Part shown: in pieces, positions 41,557 to 51,288 of the stretch
How positions within the stretch are numbered: position 1 is the first letter of the stretch
Layout: every line of letters begins with the position of its first letter
Source: Minutocellus sp. GHC0000111
Lineage: Eukaryota
Length of the DNA: 64,000 bases
Direction of reading: 5' to 3'
Assembly (NCBI GenBank): GCA_977018835.1
Contig: OZ361256.1
Span: 1,550,001-1,614,000, forward strand
Notes under the pieces: generated by a model
The model's database searches: none
What the model saw: the letters and a program-made list of their open reading frames with translations, nothing else
What the model was told of the DNA's origin: nothing
Translations under genes and position numbers: made by a program

Positions 41557-43943
41557 CTACCAAATATCAACTCGTTTCTCCTTGGCCTTGTACATGGCAG
41601 AGTCCTCGGAAATATTGAACGCCTGGATGAATTCTTCAATGTTGCTGAGAGGCCCGTTGCAACGCATCTCATTCGGCCCATGTGGATCAAGGGTGATGAG
41701 CTGGAGAGACCTCTCCTTTGTGATGTTCTGACGCCAGGCTTGGCTCCACGAGAGGAAAAAACGTTGTGTAGGAGTGAATCCATCGATCTTCTTTGTATCA
41801 TCAACGTCTGGCTGAGAGATGAGAGCTCTGTATGCCAAGCGGAGTCCACCTAGGTCCGCGATGTTTTCACCACAAGTAAGTTTGCCCTTGACCTTTTGGC
41901 CGTGCACCTCGAATTCGCTGGCCTGCTCGACCATCACCTCGACGCGTTTCTCGTATTCTTCTCCGTCCTCCTTCGACCACCAATCCTTCATGTTGCCCTC
42001 CCAATTGAACTTTCGTCCCTTGTCATCGAAACCATGGGTCATTTCATGGCCAGTCACGGCACCAATGGCACCGTAGTTGACAGCATCATCGGCGTTCGGG
42101 TTGAAGAAAGGAGGCTGAAGGATGGCCGCGGGGAATACTGCCGCATATTGTAAAGGACGGGGCGAGGGAAATCAGACAATGATGTGATATTTCACAATAA
42201 TAATAATAACAACAACAGAGGCGGGATATTTCTTGCGTGCAGGCGGCAGACGGCAGGAGCACACAAACCGTGAAATACAGCCTCCATTTATTTGTACCGC
42301 CCAAAATAAAACATAAAATTAAAAACAGTGGTTTTGCCCAAGGAAATCACGCTTAACAACCAAAACAACTTACCAATCTCGTTCAGCGATGGGTGATAGT
42401 AGGCATTGATCGTCTGGGGCGTCATGAACCATTTTTCTCGGTCCGTTGGCGCATTCATCTCCTCCACATCTCGCATGTGATCGAAGACCTTGGCCTTGAC
42501 GACCATGGCCAGGAACGAATCGCCCTCCTCAATTTTCAGGGAGGTGTAATCAATCCACTTGTCGGGATAGCCAATCTTCACACGGAAGCGACTCATCTTC
42601 TTCAGAGCCTCCTCTCTGGTGGCGTCCGATGTCATCCAGTCCACTTCCTTGAGGCGATCTTCGAGCGCCTGACGGACCGTCTCGACGATCTGGAGGGCCT
42701 GGCTCTTGCTGGACTCGTCAAAGTACTTGGCGCAGTACAGCTTGCCCAGCACCTCGCCCAATGCCGACTCGGTGAAGGCCATGGCGCGCTTCCACCGAGG
42801 CTTGATCTCGGCGGTACCCGCCAATTCCTTCTCGTAGAAGTTGAAATCGGCGTCCACGAATGGTTTGCTCAGGTACGCCGCAAATTTGTTCACCGCATGC
42901 CACCGCAGATACTGATGCAGAACATCCCTGTCGGCGGAGGCAACGACCTCGACCATCTTTTCAATGGCCTTGGTATTGCGCACGTTGATTTTGCCCAACT
43001 CGTCAGCCGACTTGGCACCACCGGTGGCCGCCGCAAAGTACGACGCAAAGTCAAATCCTCCACAGTCGCCACCATCACCACCGCCACCGCTCCGCTCCGT
43101 CAGCTCCGATATGGTCATGGGATTGTACGTGGCGTTCGGGTCGCGATTCTCCGTCTTGGTCATGTGCGCCTCGGCCAGCTGCGCCTCCAGCTGGTAGATG
43201 GATTCGGCGGCCGCCACGTTGGCCTCGGTGGGTTCTGCCGCCTTGGCATCGTCCAACAGAGTCAGCATGAGGGCCACGTGCTTCTTGTACGCCGCGCGTT
43301 TGTCTTCCTTGTCGTCGTCGAAATAGTAGTCCCGATCGGGCAGACCCAGCCCGCCCTGATACACCTGGCAGAGGCTGTGGTCGGAGTTGGTGTTGTCGGG
43401 CGATGCGCCGATGGCAAAGAAGGACGCCATGCCAAATTGGGACAGGAGCTGACCGATGCTGGTGGCGAGAGGAGTAGTACTCGTAGTATCATTGTTCCCA
43501 TTGGCGGCAGCATCGGCAGCAGTCGCGGCGCACAGATCCAGCAGCGGCTGGAGGCGGGCAATCCCCGCCTCTTCGATGGCCTCCTCGTCCATGGCGGCGG
43601 CGTAGAATCGGGCCACCTTGGCCTCATCTTCGGTCAGTGTCGTCGTCTCCTTACCATCGCCAGCATCAACAGTCTGATTGCGACTCTCCAAATCCTTGAG
43701 CATGGCCTGCAGACGTTCCTGACTCTGGACGTGGAGCATCAAGAACGAATTCCATGACGGATATCCGGTAGGTATGGGATTGTTTTTGATCCAACCACCG
43801 TTGGAATACAGATAAAAGTTATCGGAGGGTTTCACGGATGGATCCATGTTGGACGGATCGAGTCCTGGGATCTTGAGGGGCTTCTGTTCGTCGTTGTCGT
43901 TGGTTTTGGTTTCATCGCACATGGCGCAGAGCTGGGAGAACAT
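41557..43943 (-). CDS. M13 zinc metallopeptidase (neprilysin/ECE/PepO family); intron 42138-42373
   Basis: PSDNFYLYSNGGW, GGLGLPDRDYY, KIGYPDKW, INAYYHPSLNEI|VFPAAILQPPFF, HEMTHGFDD (HExxH), GENIADLGG, DPHGPNEMRCN. Splicing restores the frame. Confidence 0.93.
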
Positions 43944-44169
43944 GTCGGCCGTCCCCTTGGACCAGGGGTTGTTGCAGCACGGACATTTGGTGTCGTCGTC
44001 GCCGCCCCCCGAGGCGGCAGCAGCATCGTTGGAGGTAATGATGGCGGAGCGGAGAGGCGGGTCGAGCGAGCGTTCTAAAACACCTCATTTCGAAATTGCA
44101 CGTCATGTGCCATTTTGCGTCGTATCTTCCGGCCACTTCCGCTCGCTCCATCCATAGCACACCGGCAAG

Positions 44170-47100
44170 ATGAGCAGCTCCCGGTGGAAGCGCTTCGCCT
44201 TCTTCGATCGGTCGGCCCTGCCGCTGCCGTCGGACGTTTTGGAGGAGGTCTTCTTCCCATCATCATCAACAAATACCACCGCTGGTTCCTCGTCAGCTGG
44301 CATCGATCCCAAGCAACAGCAGCCGACCAACGCCAATGCCGGTTCCGCTGCAGCACAGGGTGGAGGAGGGGTCGAAGGCGACGCCTACTCGCTGTCGGTG
44401 TGCCACGCCCCGGTGCCCCTCGATGCCGCCCGGGTGGCGGGCGGCACCTCTGGAGGTTCATTGACCGGCGACGAGGATGCCGTGGTGGCCATGGCCCGGT
44501 CGGCGTGTGCCATCCTCCCCTCTGCTGCCGATTCGTCCTCTGGAGGTAGTGGTGGTAGCGGGAATAGAAGCGGCAGCAGCAGTGGCACCAGTGCCAAGAC
44601 GGCGTCCAGCGGAAATCAGGGAAAGGTCACGTTGGCCCTCTTTGCGTCGCGGACGACCGATCGCATTCACGTCGCCGACCTGACGGTGCGGTGCAACCCA
44701 GCGCCGTCGACCGATGACGAGAATGGCAATCATCATCCGAACAACTTGGGCACCGGTGGTGGCAGTGCGTCGCCCACGGAGGAAGATGCGGAAGATCGGA
44801 CCCACCTAGACGGATATCGCGGTTCCTTTGCGCCGTTCGCCTACGGGCATGTCAAGCCGCCCCAAAAGGCTTACGAGATGGGTACCAGCGGTGGTGGTGG
44901 GGGCGATTTGTCCCGCTATGAGCGCAGCATTGTTTCCGAGCACATGCAGACTGGCGGTGGAGGTGGCGGCAGCAGCAGTGGTCAGGACAACGTCAAGGCC
45001 TCCATCGCCGGTGTCTCCACCTGCAACGTGTCCAGTGGGAGTGCCAGCAGTAGCGGCAGTAGGAATCGTCCATCACCCAATGCCACAGCACCAGCATCGG
45101 ATGAATACCTGCACGTGGCCACCGTCACGTCTACTCCATCCTACACCGGAGTGAGCGTTTGCATCGATCCGCATCTGTATCTGTCCACCACCACCACCAC
45201 CACCAGCTCCACACCGTACCCCCCGTCGAAATTCTACCAACCCTCGTCCAAGTTTGACGACACCAAATGCGGCCTCCCGACCGGGGCGGTCCACTCTCTG
45301 CCGGGCTTGGTCGCCGTGGGGACGTCTCTGGGATATGTGCTCATGTACGCCTACGACGTTGGCATCGCCAGTGGTACCGGTGCCGTCGGTGGGAGACGTC
45401 AGTACGGCCACGGCGGCACCCACCGCCTCGCCTTGATTATGGAGGTACCTCCGCCCCCCGTCGAGGCCGTGGGAGGGGTCAGCTCCGTCCGTCTGGTCCG
45501 ATCGATTGACGGAGGTTCTTCTGCCGCCACTTCTGGAGGTGCCGGATCCAACACCAGAGGAGGAAAGACCGATCAAAAGGCGGAGGAACGGACCAAGCTG
45601 TACGTGACGTACCAACCGGTATTTGGCGGGCCCATCTCGCCGACTCCCTCGACGCCGAGGGATGGGCCGTCGGCTGCCTCGGGCGTATGTGCGTTCGATC
45701 TTGGCGTCGTCACACCCCAGCAGCTGGCCTCGGCGGCAACCTCAACCAGCATCAGCGTCGGTCGGCCACTGGCTCGGTACGATCTGGATTCCAGGGGGGT
45801 GACAAGCTCGGCCTTGTGCGATGTTGTTTCGGTCGGAGGTGGCGGCGGTGCCGCTGGCGGTGCTGCTGACGTGACGCATTCGGCGACAGCGGCAGCATTG
45901 ACGCCTACTTCGCAGGGGGCGTCCTCGGCCTCGCCTTCTTTGACGGATCACTACCTCATTGCTCGGTCGGAAGGCTTGGTAACCTATTCGGTCAATGATA
46001 AGATTGGCAGCTTACCCATCGACGGAAGCAAGGTCTGTGCTTGCTGGGTGCCACCGCCGGTCACAATGGGGAGACGAAGACAGTACGCTCAGAGCGAAAC
46101 TGCAGCAACAACGGCAGGAGGAAGTGGAAATGCCGACGCCGACAAGCCGAAGTCGTCAGCGATGGATAGTGCCGTGGCAGCCACTGCATCTGCGGCCGCC
46201 GCCGCAACTGCCGGGGCCACTCACGTACTAATCTCCACGTCGGATCCCAAATCAGGCAGAGACGCTGTTGACGTTTACGACACCTCTCATAAGATCATCG
46301 CCTTCCATGCCCTTCTCAGTCCTGGCCACCGAGCCCTCCGAGCAGTGGGCTTTACAGGAATCCCTCCGCCACAGTCAAACGCTGGTTCAAGCTACAGAAC
46401 TGGACCCGACGGCGCCGTTTCGGTGCCCCGATTCAACTTCCGCCACCCAACCACTTCCATCCGATCGTCGGCCATTGTTTTGACCTCGGGAGGCTCCCTT
46501 GTTGCCTTGTCGGAGAGGCCGACTTCGAACAAGATTGCCCTCCTCGTTCAGAAGAATCTGTACACTGCAGCCATTAGCATGGCCTACGCAGACCCATCCC
46601 AGAGCGCTGCCGATATCGCGGAGCTGTATAGGCAGTATGCCGAACACTTGTATGACCGAGGCGACTTTGCTGCCGCAATGGAGCAGTACATATCCACAAT
46701 TGGCAATCTCGAGCCAGGCCATGTCGTTCTTCGCTATTTGGATTCCGCCAAGGTCCCCCTCCTTGTTCAATATCTAGTTGAGCTTCGCGACAGGGGAGTG
46801 GCAACGCGAGAGCACGACGAATTGCTCAAGACGTGCTATGCCAAGCTCGGAGATTCCGAAAGTGCCGACGCCCTTACGTCGAGCGGACCCGCCGCATCTG
46901 CCCGCTCCGATAGGGAAGCATTCAGAGAGGTCCAGGTCTTGGTGAACGAAAACAAGTCCAAGGAGGCTCTTGCGCTCCTGTGCTCTCTGGAACCGGGTGC
47001 CGCTGCGAAGTGCATCTCATCACCAAGCCTGGGACCTGATATTGTCCATGCTGCACCTCGCGAAGCAGCTGGTATCGTTCTAGCGTTGTGCGATGGGTCA

Positions 47101-48291
47101 TTCTCTCCTACGAATCTAGCTGCTGCAGCCTCCCGAGGCGGCGATGCGGCAGCCGGAGGCGACTCATCATCGAATTCCATGCCACCGCCACTTGTAGAAG
47201 GCTCGGCAAAACTGAGCGCCACCAGCGGTGGAAGCGGAAAAAGGTTCAATCCCCGTCGCTTTACGGACTGCTTCGTCGAGCAGCACAAACTTTTGCGCCT
47301 GCTACTCGCTACATGCCGCGAACGAAAGTGTCACTTGTCCGCAGACCTCAAACGTTGTTTGCTAGAGCTGACCCTTGATGAGTGGGCGGTCGGGAGGAGA
47401 AGGGGTGATTCGGCCCAGGAACGACGAAAGAGAGCCGAAGTGATGGACATTCTGACCGATCCGCACATGGAGGGGATTGATGGCATCGAACCAACTGATG
47501 CTCTCGTTCTCGTACAAGAAGCCGACTTCGGTGATGGTATCACTTATCTTTATGAGAAATTGGGCTTGAGGGACATGCTTCTGGAGAGGCTCGCTGACGA
47601 CGGTAGTGATTCGGCTCGACGAAGCCTCCTGGCCATGTGCAGCACCGGTGATCCGGACACAACGGCCAAGGTCCTGGAGAAGCTTGTTGATATCTCGTGC
47701 GTATCAGGAAAGTGGCAAGCGGAACGCGGCGGTGATGCAGCCGCCTCCAGCGGCGATGCATTGTCCGATCTTCGCGAGGCGCTGTTCATGGCGCGGGCGC
47801 AAAGGGCCGAGCTGCCTCCCGCCAGAGTTGCCCGCATCTTAGCAGGTGAAGGGTCAGGTCGCTTCTCCACTCCCTGGAAGGTTTCGCAACCTGATGGTCC
47901 ACCCCGAGGTGTACCTCTTGATGTTGCGCTTGATTACATTGGCCCAGTGCTAGATGGATCGCACGCCGAGGCAGCACGCTTACGAGAGGAGCTGAAGGAA
48001 TACTCGACGCTTTGTCAAGAAATGGAGGAAGAGATTGAATTTCTCCGGTATGGAAAGCCCAAGCGATCGGAGCAGGAGAAGGAAGAGACAATGGAATCCC
48101 ACCTCAAGAATCTGCGCGATGACATTCCTGACATGCTCCGAAGATTGACAGAAGCGACCGAGTCCTTGAATGCTGATGATGAGGAGATGAAAGCGGAACA
48201 CATTCGAGAAGAGTTCTTTAGAGATATTGCCTCTTCCAAAGACAAATCCGAGGTGGTGGCTAGATACTTTGCAAAAGGATTGTGCCCTTGA
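44170..48291 (+). CDS. VPS11: Vacuolar protein sorting 11 homolog (HOPS/CORVET subunit)
   Basis: N-terminal WKRFAFFD. Clathrin-repeat region KNLYTAAISMA...YAEHLY.RGDF..AMEQYI.TIG.LEP..V..RYLD...LL.TCY.KL. C-terminal VVARYFAKG. Confidence 0.8.
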   Translation: MSSSRWKRFAFFDRSALPLPSDVLEEVFFPSSSTNTTAGSSSAGIDPKQQQPTNANAGSAAAQGGGGVEGDAYSLSVCHAPVPLDAARVAGGTSGGSLTGDEDAVVAMARSACAILPSAADSSSGGSGGSGNRSGSSSGTSAKTASSGNQGKVTLALFASRTTDRIHVADLTVRCNPAPSTDDENGNHHPNNLGTGGGSASPTEEDAEDRTHLDGYRGSFAPFAYGHVKPPQKAYEMGTSGGGGGDLSRYERSIVSEHMQTGGGGGGSSSGQDNVKASIAGVSTCNVSSGSASSSGSRNRPSPNATAPASDEYLHVATVTSTPSYTGVSVCIDPHLYLSTTTTTTSSTPYPPSKFYQPSSKFDDTKCGLPTGAVHSLPGLVAVGTSLGYVLMYAYDVGIASGTGAVGGRRQYGHGGTHRLALIMEVPPPPVEAVGGVSSVRLVRSIDGGSSAATSGGAGSNTRGGKTDQKAEERTKLYVTYQPVFGGPISPTPSTPRDGPSAASGVCAFDLGVVTPQQLASAATSTSISVGRPLARYDLDSRGVTSSALCDVVSVGGGGGAAGGAADVTHSATAAALTPTSQGASSASPSLTDHYLIARSEGLVTYSVNDKIGSLPIDGSKVCACWVPPPVTMGRRRQYAQSETAATTAGGSGNADADKPKSSAMDSAVAATASAAAAATAGATHVLISTSDPKSGRDAVDVYDTSHKIIAFHALLSPGHRALRAVGFTGIPPPQSNAGSSYRTGPDGAVSVPRFNFRHPTTSIRSSAIVLTSGGSLVALSERPTSNKIALLVQKNLYTAAISMAYADPSQSAADIAELYRQYAEHLYDRGDFAAAMEQYISTIGNLEPGHVVLRYLDSAKVPLLVQYLVELRDRGVATREHDELLKTCYAKLGDSESADALTSSGPAASARSDREAFREVQVLVNENKSKEALALLCSLEPGAAAKCISSPSLGPDIVHAAPREAAGIVLALCDGSFSPTNLAAAASRGGDAAAGGDSSSNSMPPPLVEGSAKLSATSGGSGKRFNPRRFTDCFVEQHKLLRLLLATCRERKCHLSADLKRCLLELTLDEWAVGRRRGDSAQERRKRAEVMDILTDPHMEGIDGIEPTDALVLVQEADFGDGITYLYEKLGLRDMLLERLADDGSDSARRSLLAMCSTGDPDTTAKVLEKLVDISCVSGKWQAERGGDAAASSGDALSDLREALFMARAQRAELPPARVARILAGEGSGRFSTPWKVSQPDGPPRGVPLDVALDYIGPVLDGSHAEAARLREELKEYSTLCQEMEEEIEFLRYGKPKRSEQEKEETMESHLKNLRDDIPDMLRRLTEATESLNADDEEMKAEHIREEFFRDIASSKDKSEVVARYFAKGLCP

Positions 48292-48356
48292 AATATATTT
48301 ATTTTTAATGTAGAATAGATTCAACCAACTACCATGATAATACTACTAAGTTATTC

Positions 48357-50798
48357 TTAGTCAGAATCATCCGAGTCGGATTCGTCAGAGGGAAGGCTGA
48401 CGCTGAAGAGGCCGTTCGATTTCTCGGCCCCTTTATCACCGCCATTAGAAGTTCCATGTCCATGGCCATTTCCCGGTAGCGGTGCGCTTGGTGTCTTCGC
48501 CGAAGGGTCTGGAGGTGCCTCGACCTTGCGCCTCTTGTTGCCATCATTGCCGTTGTTGGCAATACCAGCAGCAATATCCTCCTCTCCACCGAAGCTGTCC
48601 CCACAGATCATCCTCATCAGATCGGATCGAGACAATGAATCACTTCCATTGTCGACCGGAGCAGTAGGTGGGGGTGCACTGCTTGCGGGCCTGGTCTGCG
48701 ATGGAGGCTGTTGACTTTGTTGACTTTGCAGATTCTGCCCAATCCCTTGCTCTGACCGGGCACCACGGCCGGTGGCACCCCCGAGCAGCGCCGAGAGAGC
48801 CCCTACGCCCATCTGCTCTTCGTCGCCCTCTTCTCCGTAGAATTGATTCGCCTCAAAGTCATTGCCCGCAAATGACGACGATGGCGGTGCCGCTGCGGCC
48901 GTTGGATTCTGCTGAGCCGTACCAAAGCCTTCCTGCCAACTTGCAGGGCCCATCCCAACAGTATCGGCGCCTCGAGTGGCACCGACATTGTTTTGGACTG
49001 ATTGAGGTGGTCGTGGGTGCGTCTGCGTCTGCGGCGGCCCTTCGTGCCATGGTTTGGGAGCCTGGTTATCATCCATCGGGCCGGAAGGAGGGTGTGATGG
49101 TGGGGGTGGTGCCTGCTCCTTAAATGGCTGTTGCTGCTGCGTTGGTAGACTATGATGAATCCCTGCTGGCGGTGGTTGCTGTTGTGGCGGCGGTTGCTGC
49201 GATGGCCCTCCCACGCGATGATGCGGTTGCTGCTGGTGTTGATTGCGAGTTGGGAGTGGACCCCTTCCATTGTTGTTCATCGACGTAGGCCTCGTCCTCA
49301 TATCAGGTCCTCCATTGCCGCCACCGCCATTCTGTCCCTGCGGCTGCCGATGCTGCTGCTGTTGATGATGCATTGGCGGTGGCGGGCCACCCCGACCATA
49401 TTGTTGGCCCTGACCATGCTGTTGTTGTCCGCCACCAGGACCATACTGCTGTGGTGGCGGCCCACCACCAGGCCCACCCCCATGGTAGTTGGTCATGTTG
49501 CCCCCCGGCCACCTCCTCTGCTGCTGCTGCTGCTGCTGTTGATACCGTTGCTGCTGAGGCACCACCCTGGCGGGCTTGACAAACTTCTTGCTCAGCAACT
49601 TCTTCATACCCGCGCTGGGCTGGAGCTGCTTCTTGCCCGCAGACATGGCACCCAAACCCATACCCACACCCATTCCACCAACACCACTACCATTGTCGCC
49701 AACCCACGGCCCCTCAATGGTGCAAAGGTACGATTCGAACTCAATGGTCCCGACGTCCCCACCACTCCGCAGCACCGCCAGCTGCGCCGACGTCAATTCG
49801 CATCCTCCCAGGGACGCCCCGCTGCTGCCCGGCGCGGGATGGGCCTCGTACAGCGACAGCATTTTGCCGCGGAGGGTCAGCCGACCGTCGTGCCATCGCT
49901 TGCGCTTTTGGGTTTTCTGGGGGGTGTACATGGCCGCGTATTGGGTGCCTCCCTGGTATTGCTGCTGTGGATGATGGGACTGCTGCTGCTGCTGCTGCCG
50001 CTGATACGAGTTCTGGCGATGGTTGTTGGTGCTGCCGCTAAAACTGTTGGTACTGCCGCCACTATTGCTGTTCCCATTGGTATTGTATCCACCGCCGGCA
50101 TTCCGTCGATTCGCCTGTTGTTCTGGTTGCTTCCGATACGAGCTTGGCTGTTGCTGCTGCCGCCTATAATTTGCCGATGGTCCCTCCCAACCATTGTTAT
50201 CGTTGTTGTTGTTGCTATCATTGTTGCCGTTGCTGGTCTTTTTGGTCTGCTGCCGATACCCGTCGTCGTCATTTCCTCCACCCGAAGAGAAGGCGGAGGA
50301 GGAGGAGGAGGCGGCAGAAGTGGTAGCGGTGCTGACGGTCGGCTGATGGCCGTGCCACTGCAGCGGTCCTGCTTCTCCCTCTGCTTCTGCTGCATTCCAA
50401 TCGCTGCCCCCGTTTGTATTTGACGATGACGTGTACGGGTTTCCATTGCCATTGGTGTATGGATTGGCGTGCGGGTTGTTGCCACCATTTCCATCATCGC
50501 CACCGCCATTGCCACAATAATTGCTGCTGCTGCTGCTGCCGTCGTAAGGATTGGAATTGCTACCGGCATTGGCCGAACGCCGCTGCTGGAAGGAGTGCGC
50601 TTGCGGGCCGTCGTCACCTGCACCGCCGCCACCAGACGACAGCATCGAACGGGCCGCGGCCGTCATCCCCGGCCCGTATTGTTGGTGGGGTCCTCCGCCG
50701 CCGCTGGTGGCCGGAGGAGGGAACGGCGGCATGGTAGAATGGTGGCCTCGCGATCGCGGTGAAAATGAATTTTGACGCGCGCGACGCCGGCCGGCCAT
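48357..50798 (-). CDS. Q/N/G/P-rich low-complexity protein with DUF2439 (ZGRF1/Mte1 N-terminal-like) domain
   Basis: YAAMYTPQKTQKRKRWHDGRLTL...LSLYE resembles the DUF2439 consensus (Y...YT..K.KK.K.W.DG.L). The rest is low complexity. Start uncertain. Confidence 0.65.
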   Translation of the reverse strand: MAGRRRARQNSFSPRSRGHHSTMPPFPPPATSGGGGPHQQYGPGMTAAARSMLSSGGGGAGDDGPQAHSFQQRRSANAGSNSNPYDGSSSSSNYCGNGGGDDGNGGNNPHANPYTNGNGNPYTSSSNTNGGSDWNAAEAEGEAGPLQWHGHQPTVSTATTSAASSSSSAFSSGGGNDDDGYRQQTKKTSNGNNDSNNNNDNNGWEGPSANYRRQQQQPSSYRKQPEQQANRRNAGGGYNTNGNSNSGGSTNSFSGSTNNHRQNSYQRQQQQQQSHHPQQQYQGGTQYAAMYTPQKTQKRKRWHDGRLTLRGKMLSLYEAHPAPGSSGASLGGCELTSAQLAVLRSGGDVGTIEFESYLCTIEGPWVGDNGSGVGGMGVGMGLGAMSAGKKQLQPSAGMKKLLSKKFVKPARVVPQQQRYQQQQQQQQRRWPGGNMTNYHGGGPGGGPPPQQYGPGGGQQQHGQGQQYGRGGPPPPMHHQQQQHRQPQGQNGGGGNGGPDMRTRPTSMNNNGRGPLPTRNQHQQQPHHRVGGPSQQPPPQQQPPPAGIHHSLPTQQQQPFKEQAPPPPSHPPSGPMDDNQAPKPWHEGPPQTQTHPRPPQSVQNNVGATRGADTVGMGPASWQEGFGTAQQNPTAAAAPPSSSFAGNDFEANQFYGEEGDEEQMGVGALSALLGGATGRGARSEQGIGQNLQSQQSQQPPSQTRPASSAPPPTAPVDNGSDSLSRSDLMRMICGDSFGGEEDIAAGIANNGNDGNKRRKVEAPPDPSAKTPSAPLPGNGHGHGTSNGGDKGAEKSNGLFSVSLPSDESDSDDSD

Positions 50799-51288
50799 GC
50801 TGGTGACGCCATTCCGAAAGCTCACCGGAGAGAAGAAACCCGGAGTGAAGCAAAGAGCGCAGACCTCCAACGACAAAAATCGGCGCAAACGCCCATCGAT
50901 GGACCACATTGCTCCCGCCCTATCGGCACATACCTAGGTAATACTCAATAGTCAGGTACGTGGTGCAGTATGCTGGTATGGTGCCCACCCTTGCTCTTCC
51001 CAACCTTCTCTCTCGGATAATACATCTCTCGGCAGTGTTGGTTGCGAAGTAGCAATCGGTTCATCATTTCTTTTTCCTTATTTTTTTGGCCGGGTCGCTT
51101 TTTGCTTGTGTTCTGTGCCACCACACATCTATCCGGCCGAGTGACGGTTGGGCCCCACATACCAATTGGTACATGCTCACTTCTTGCTGATGCTGTCTCT
51201 TCCTCCTGAACATATTGCTCATCAGTCAGGATAGGAGGCGGTATCTAACTAACCTGTATCGTAGCGGCACATACATCATACAAACACC

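Noticed and set aside
42393..50423. + strand ORFs 42393-43757 and 49152-50423
   Set aside because: Antisense to the M13 peptidase and the Q-rich gene; the poly-Leu/Val content just mirrors CAG/AAC repeats.
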